DNA from: Gammaproteobacteria bacterium
GTDB lineage: Bacteria; Pseudomonadota; Gammaproteobacteria; Eutrophobiales; Eutrophobiaceae
Reading direction: 5' to 3'
Length of the DNA: 64,000 nt
Assembly: GCA_965222155.1 (NCBI GenBank)
Contig: CBDCTH010000010.1
Span: 65,021 to 129,020 of the forward strand
Numbering within the stretch: position 1 is the stretch's first letter; every line of letters begins with the position of its first letter. Below are positions 57,913 to 64,000 of the stretch, piece after piece. The notes under the pieces are model-generated. The model was not told the origin of the DNA. It did not search any database and saw only the letters and a list, made by a program, of their open reading frames with translations. Made by a program: the position numbers and the translations under genes.

Positions 57913-59910
57913 CCAAGTTTAACACCCCTATTTATAAGTTCTTATTATTCAATCAATTAGAATTTATAAATTTGGCTTCTGGCACTACAAAGTGCCCTTT
58001 GCCGGTCAGTTAACGTATCACACCACCGTCTTTTGCGTACCGCCAGGGTTCTCCTCGATGCCCAATAGCCTGTAGAGGGCCTGCTGCTCGGCTTCCGGGC
58101 GCGTGGCCTTGCGTACATGCAGGGTACGCCGGTCGGCACACCGGAAGGTGGCGGTCACCCGCTGCTGTCCCCCCAGCAGACGGCGCAAGGTAGACCAACT
58201 GGCCGTTTCCCCGTGCGCCCGCAGCCGCCGGCGGATAGTTTGCACCGCCTGATAGGCCAACACGGTGATGAACAGGTGCCCCTCGGCGCGTGGCGGCGTC
58301 TGGTGACACACCGGACGCAGACCCAACTCCGATTTCAGTGCGCGGAACACGGCCTCCAGGTCGGTCAGCAGGGTATAGGTACGCCAGAGCGTCTCCGCAT
58401 CCCAGTCAGTCAGGTTGCTACGCAGGCAATACACCCCGGGATGCGTCAGCAGGGAACCGTCATGGGGCCGCCGCTGCCAGGTGATGGACGCGGTCTGCTT
58501 GCCGCGGGAGTCGGGCGTTACCGTAATGTCGTAATGCGGTGCCATCCCCCGACTCGTCTCACGCAACCGACCGAGGCGTTGGTGGATGCTGTTCAAGCCC
58601 TTGCGGGTACGCGGCCGCGCCAGCCCGTCGGCCAGGCGTTGCAGGCCGGCCTCGAAACGTTGTTGGAAGCGGGCCGCCATGGCGTTCTCCTTCTCGGCCC
58701 GTGCGGCCGAATAACAGTACAAGCGGGTCTCGTCCTCGCCCTGTTCCCGATGCAGTTGCAACGGCTGCCCCGATGCGGTGTCAATCGTCACGGCCTGCTC
58801 CAGGTCAAATTGGCGGTGTCGGGCACGGCTCACCACCAGGTAACGGTAGCCCTGCTCACGCAACCAGGTGATGTTGGCCTCAGTGGCAATCCCCCGGTCC
58901 ATGACCACCAAGGCCCCCGTAGGCGCTGCCAACGCCGTGAGCATGGCCGCCAGGGTACGGTCTTCCCGGACAGTACCGGCAAACACCTGTGAGCGTCGTA
59001 CAAAGCCACTGCCGTCCAGCACCAGCCCCAAGGTCAGCAACGGACAGTCACTGCGTGTCTCCTTCGAGTGCCCGCGGCGCGCCTTCGGCTGTGCCCCGGC
59101 CTCCCCCTCGAAGCAGGTGTTGGTCAAGTCATACAGGGTCACGGTGGGGGCCAAGCCGAACAAATCAGTCACTTGCCGGAACAGGTGGCGTTCGATGTCG
59201 TCCCGGTGTGCCAGCAAGGCGTCCGAGGCACGATACAGTTGCAGGGCGCTCATGGCTTCAAAGTCTACCCCCAGCAACTCGCCCAGGGCGCTGCGCTGAC
59301 CCAGCCAGGCATGGGTGGCCCGTTCCGACCCCGGCGCCGCCAGGCGCCCGATGATTGACCCCAGTGCCGCGGCCTGTTGCGGCCCGGTCAACCCCAGTCG
59401 TGCCAGCAAGGCCGGCACGCCCAGTGGCTGCAAGGCCCACAGGCCTACCGCTTCCACCCCCACCGAGCGTGGCCGCAGCAGGGCGGCGATGCGTTGCGCT
59501 TCGGTTTCCACCGCCGCCGGACAATCCGGATCAAGCAAATCGGCCTGGCCGGCCAGCCAGTGCTCGATGCGGGCACAGAGCATCGGCCAGTGGGCCCGGT
59601 CGATATCGTAGTGACTGCCGAGGTTGAGCAGGGTGCGTTGGCGGACTTTCTCCCCTATGCGTTCGGTGCGCACCAGGCGGTAGGTGAAATACTTCTGGCC
59701 GGTGTCGGTGTGACGGGTACGGGTGCGACGGATGAACAGGGGGGGTAGGATAGCGGACGGGGGAAGGCATGTCAATAGATAAATATAATATTATGGCACT
59801 ACATTTGCTAAACTCCTCACCTCACCATGAAAAATCAATCACTTACCGGCGGTTGCAGGTGAAAATCAGCCAAAATCAACCAAAATTCGGGGGGTTGGTG
59901 TTAAACTTGG
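57913..59910 (-). mobile_element. IS1634-family insertion sequence
   Basis: 14-bp perfect TIR CCAAGTTTAACACC; 6-bp TSD GTTAGC (57907-57912, 59911-59916); GC-rich against the AT-rich hsdR. Confidence 0.93.
58018..59775 (-). CDS. IS1634-family DDE transposase
   Basis: YDLTN..FEG, RGHSKE.RSDCPL, MDRG, LEAVFR.LKSELGLRP, HLFI.VLAY. Start codon uncertain. Confidence 0.9.
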   Translation of the reverse strand: MTCLPPSAILPPLFIRRTRTRHTDTGQKYFTYRLVRTERIGEKVRQRTLLNLGSHYDIDRAHWPMLCARIEHWLAGQADLLDPDCPAAVETEAQRIAALLRPRSVGVEAVGLWALQPLGVPALLARLGLTGPQQAAALGSIIGRLAAPGSERATHAWLGQRSALGELLGVDFEAMSALQLYRASDALLAHRDDIERHLFRQVTDLFGLAPTVTLYDLTNTCFEGEAGAQPKARRGHSKETRSDCPLLTLGLVLDGSGFVRRSQVFAGTVREDRTLAAMLTALAAPTGALVVMDRGIATEANITWLREQGYRYLVVSRARHRQFDLEQAVTIDTASGQPLQLHREQGEDETRLYCYSAARAEKENAMAARFQQRFEAGLQRLADGLARPRTRKGLNSIHQRLGRLRETSRGMAPHYDITVTPDSRGKQTASITWQRRPHDGSLLTHPGVYCLRSNLTDWDAETLWRTYTLLTDLEAVFRALKSELGLRPVCHQTPPRAEGHLFITVLAYQAVQTIRRRLRAHGETASWSTLRRLLGGQQRVTATFRCADRRTLHVRKATRPEAEQQALYRLLGIEENPGGTQKTVV

Positions 59911-62451
59911 GTTAGCGCTTCAATCTGATCACGATTTGCTTCCAGATATTCCCGAAACTCCAGTGCCATTTGCTTCGCATTTTCATCGGAATCCCCTGCC
60001 CATCCGGTATGGAGTACAGAATCCAAACCCTCGTGATCTATAGTCTGTTCTTTCTCACGCCGAATGCCGTCGAGCAAACTGATCAGTTCGCCATTAAAAA
60101 CGTTGGCAGCTTCACCAACCAAAGCATCTTGAACTCGCCGGTGGATATCTTTAGCGGAATCTGCAATGGAAGGCAGACTAGCAAGTTCGAATACCTTTGT
60201 CTCCACATTATCCGGGTCAATTGCGTCAAGCAAGCTGCGCACGATATCCTCAAGAAACATACCTCCAGCCTTTTCCTTTATCCTGGCCTGTTCCCTCTCA
60301 TCAAGCTGTTTATTAAGACGAGCCAGGCGTCCGGCAAGTGAACTAACGGTATCTTCATCACGAACACCCATCATGACGCCAGTTGCCAGGTCCTTGAGTG
60401 AAACGAATGGTTTGGTAATCAAGGGTTGACTTGCCGTCTTCAGGGATTTGGTTACGCCGACACCATCGACGATTACGTAGTGCGTCTTCGCGCTTGTTAC
60501 GGACGGAGAAATCTTTTTTAGCTCGTCATGCTCCAATGTTCGTGTGCCGCGTCCTTTCATCTGCTCGAAATAATTGCGACTTTTAACGTCACGCATGAAC
60601 AGTAGACATTCGAGAGGTTTAACATCCGTACCCGTAGCGATCATATCAACGGTCACGGCGATACGCGGGTTGTAGTCATTACGAAACTGGGCCAGAACAG
60701 ACTTTGGGTCTTCTTCTGAACCATAGGTTACCTTCTTGCAAAACTCATTGCCTTGTCCGAATTCTTCGCGCACAGTCTGGATGATGTCGTCTGCGTGGCT
60801 GTCGGTCTTAGCAAAGATCAGGGTTTTCGGAACTTCTCTACGCCCTGGAAATATCTCCGGTAGTTCATCGCGAAATGTACGAATAACCGTACGAATCTGA
60901 TCGGGATTGACGATATCCCGGTCAAGTTGTTTGGCAGAATATACTTCGTCCTCATCCTAGCGTTCCCAATGTCGGGCACGGGATAGCTTCTGCCGCCGTT
61001 CAACTAACTGATCGATTCTAAGATGACCTCCTTGCCGGGTGCGCTCGGTCTCAATAATATAGACCTCGTTGCCGACATTGACACCATCAGCGACGGCTCT
61101 TTCATGGTCATATTCGCTGACGACGTTCTTACGAAAGAACCCATAGGTTCTGTTGTCAGGCGTGGCCGTCAGACCAATGAGATAGGCATCGAAATACTCG
61201 ATCACCTGACGCCAGAGGTTATAAATAGAACGATGACATTCATCAATGATGACGAAATCGAAAAACTCGGGGGGAATTTTTATATTGTAAGCCACGGGAA
61301 CCGGTTGTTTAGGTTGCACCATACGTTCTGCCGGGTTGGTTTCTTCGGCGACTTCATCGAGTTCTTCATCTTTCAGAAGCGAATACATCCGCTGGATTGT
61401 ACTGATGCAGACCTGAGTGTCTTTAGCAACAAATGATGATTTAAGTCGCTGCACATTGTATAGCTCAGTAAATTTGCGGTTGCCGTCATTAGGCACGAAA
61501 GCCATGAATTCCTGTTCTGCTTGTTCACCCAGGTTTCTGGTATCTACCAAAAATAGAATACGTTTGGCGTCAGCGTGCTTTAGCAGACGATAGACAGAAG
61601 TGATTGCCGTATAGGTCTTACCTGCCCCTGTCGCCATCTGGATAAGCGCTTGTGGATGGTCTTTTTTAAATGATGCCTCCAATTTCTCAATTGCAGTAAT
61701 CTGGCATTCGCGTAAACCTGCGTGCAGAAGCAGCGGGATGGATTGTAACCCTGATCGTAGCGACGAAGTCTTGGACAGCCATTCCCGCATAGTTTCCGGT
61801 CGGTGAAAGTTGAATATCTCACGAGAGCGGGGAATCGGGTCCCCGCCGTTGGTGAACCTCGTGATGACACCGGTGCTCTCATAAACAAACGGAAGAGGAT
61901 GATCGTTGTTGATCCACTTGAGCTTAGCGGCCGCGTAGCTTGCTGATTGCACTTCGACCTGTGTGAGCTTATGGCCGTAGTTTTCCGGTTTGGCTTCAAT
62001 GACTCCGACTGCAACCTTGTCGACGAAAAGAACGTAATCCGCTGGCCCTACATCAGTTTGGTACTCGCGAACCGCGATACCCACGCCAGCAGCGAAATTG
62101 ATCTTATTCTTGTCCTGAACGTACCAACCCGCCTGTGACAGCATCCTGTCGATTTTGTCTCGAGCCGCCTGTTCCGGTGTCTGGTTAGCTCCTGGCATGT
62201 TTTTGAGCGTATCTTAATGGGTATAGATTTGTAAAGGGGGGCAGTTGTCAACACGCCAGTCAAAATACCTTTAAGGGAACCTCTATTTATTCACAAATTG
62301 ATATATTAGCGGTCAATGATTTCAATAAGTTAGCGACCCTGTGTATCGAAAAATGTCTATTATTAGAGGTTCCCTTAATACATCAAGCGGCCTAAAACCG
62401 CGATTTAACGGCTACGGGAAGAAATGGCACAGCGTGGAACTACAATGTCTG

Positions 62452-62943
62452 CTAAGAAACCTGAAGCTCTGTCAACTGTTGCAACGCCAGTGCCCAAGGC
62501 AATCGTCTGCCGCCGGCTTTCATCAGTTCGTAAGCAGCTTTGGCTTGTGTTTTATCAATGATTTGATGGATGACAAGTTGTTCTACCACCCACAATGTAC
62601 CCTTGGTGGTTACAGCATCTTCTTCAGCGGCAGTGCGCAGAGCTTGGTCTCCTGTTAACAACGGACACCGCTCTTGTCTGGCTAATGACAACGCAAAGCA
62701 ATCATTCCGGCTTAGTTCACCATAACGCTGGATTAAATCAGCGGCATCAAGCATTGACTGACCACTGAGCTCACCGAGTTGTAGCCCCGATGCTAACAGG
62801 TCCCTGTGTTGTGCCTCTAACTCCTCATAGAACAGAATATCCGGGACTCTGAACTCATAAGGCAATTGAAAGAATTGTTCCAATAACTGTCCTTCTTCCA
62901 GGTCAATCAGGATATTGGTGTCACAAATGAGTAATCGCATCAA
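62452..62943 (-). CDS. PIN-domain protein (DUF3368-like)
   Basis: ICDTNILIDL, LS..D...L.LA, LLTGD..LR..A, GTLW. Confidence 0.82.
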   Translation of the reverse strand: MMRLLICDTNILIDLEEGQLLEQFFQLPYEFRVPDILFYEELEAQHRDLLASGLQLGELSGQSMLDAADLIQRYGELSRNDCFALSLARQERCPLLTGDQALRTAAEEDAVTTKGTLWVVEQLVIHQIIDKTQAKAAYELMKAGGRRLPWALALQQLTELQVS

Positions 62944-63988
62944 ACAACTTCAATTTCCGTATCTGATGGAAGCGCATCAAAGGCATTTTCAGTAATTCAG
63001 CGGCTTTGGACTCGCTGATAATCCCTTCACCTAATGCATGACAGACCAATTGCTGAAATAACAGTGTGTGTTCCTTGGGGTACGCTTTTCCCGGTTCCTG
63101 TTTACGCCAACCTTCTGATGAAAAAACCTTGAGCAGACGTTTGCTGGTAGATTTATCAATAATACTCAACTCGGCGGCACGATGAAGACATGCCATCATA
63201 CTGAGACCGAACTCGTGCTTTAACAGATACAACTCGCGAACCTCAAGATTGTGCCGTTTGTCCCCAAGTTGCCGGCGAATACTGGCGGCAGGTAACAAAA
63301 AAGCAGCTGCAAAGCGGTCAGACGCTTTTTCTTCGTCCAGTTCAGAACTCATACGACCATGCAACAACAAATGTCCCAGTTCATGCGCCAGTGTAAAACG
63401 CTGCCGGTCACCCGGCCAATTGGCAGAAACCACTAGGACCGGTTGGTCTGCAACCGTAGCTTGCAACCCGTCGAACCTGGCATGCACATTGACATGAGTA
63501 ATGATCACCAGCACTCCATGGGACTCCAGCACATCAACCAGGTCCGGCAGTGGGTTCAAGCCTAACTGCCAGCTTACCCGTACATGATCAGCAACCTGCT
63601 CTACCTCTTCCAGGGTAGTAATGCGCTCCGGCAGGCCGCTGATACCACTGAATGCCGGCACCGGGAAGGCAGGCCATATGTTCGCCAATTCCTGCCACCG
63701 CTCTGCCTGATCCAATACATCCGCTTCGATCTGCTTCAACACCGCTGCAGGCGTATTAGAACGCTTACGGTATTCCACACCGGACAAACTGACATTGATC
63801 GGGCGGAAAAAGTATTCGGTACGCACCCCCAGCGCCTTGCCAAGCTTAATGAACATTGCTGAACCAGGCATACTGATATTATGTTCATATTTCTTGATCA
63901 TATTGGCACTGACGCCAACCTGTTTACCCAGGGCTTGCATAGACAGGCCAGCAGCAGCGCGAGATCGTTTTATCCGTTCTCCAATCAT
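62921..63988 (-). CDS. Xre-HTH + ImmA/IrrE metallopeptidase
   Basis: N-terminal HTH (GERIKRSR...KYE); RQRFTLAHELGH (HEXXH), E..A..FAAAFLLP. Confidence 0.92.
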   Translation of the reverse strand: MIGERIKRSRAAAGLSMQALGKQVGVSANMIKKYEHNISMPGSAMFIKLGKALGVRTEYFFRPINVSLSGVEYRKRSNTPAAVLKQIEADVLDQAERWQELANIWPAFPVPAFSGISGLPERITTLEEVEQVADHVRVSWQLGLNPLPDLVDVLESHGVLVIITHVNVHARFDGLQATVADQPVLVVSANWPGDRQRFTLAHELGHLLLHGRMSSELDEEKASDRFAAAFLLPAASIRRQLGDKRHNLEVRELYLLKHEFGLSMMACLHRAAELSIIDKSTSKRLLKVFSSEGWRKQEPGKAYPKEHTLLFQQLVCHALGEGIISESKAAELLKMPLMRFHQIRKLKLFDAITHL

Positions 63989-64000
63989 ACCAATCTCTGG

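Larger units (their letters stand above)
57426..62198 (-). pseudogene. hsdR: Type I R-M restriction subunit with an in-frame TAG (60957-60959) and an IS1634 insertion
   Basis: ADY...IEAK nuclease motif, MATGAGKT, DECH, TATP, QMKGRGTR; the frame continues WER*DEDEVYS; EALTIFY is split by the IS. Confidence 0.92.

Noticed and set aside
60957-60959. In-frame TAG in hsdR as stop-codon recoding
   Set aside because: TAG ends ordinary genes here (e.g. the TonB receptor and peroxiredoxin), and hsdR is independently broken by an IS; a CAG-to-TAG mutation is simpler.

Overview
A 64 kb bacterial chromosomal window, most likely from a Gammaproteobacterium (rph/rdgB/hemW/yicC core, TonB receptor, autotransporter). 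A host-associated, possibly sponge-symbiont lifestyle is inferred from the Fn3/cadherin surface gene and the heavy load of repeats and pseudogenes. Left part: a MalT-regulated hydantoinase/DUF917/TonB/racemase catabolic cluster, Lrp plus bkd operon, gloB, two tandem heptad-repeat PD-(D/E)XK nuclease units between TA remnants, and a frameshifted 11xFn3-cadherin autotransporter with a G21 tract. Middle part: a fused indolepyruvate oxidoreductase, a cyclase, F420 genes (cofC, npdG), tRNA-Gln and a mosaic island with nnrS, IS remnants and duplicated gene ends. Right part: hemW, an RND pair, rdgB and rph, an AT-rich PHP-ATPase + Schlafen/AlbA cassette between rph and yicC, an S9 peptidase, a second PHP-ATPase, a decaying type I R-M locus hit by IS1634, and an ImmA/IrrE-PIN pair. 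The most unusual signals are (i) a nested set of tiny mobile DNA: a MITE with the ends and 9-bp TSD of an ISNCY-like element carrying REP hairpins, a ~24-bp hairpin found in three different host elements, and palindromes translated in-frame inside proteins; and (ii) candidate PHP-ATPase defence modules. All calls come from reading motifs by eye; no database search was run.
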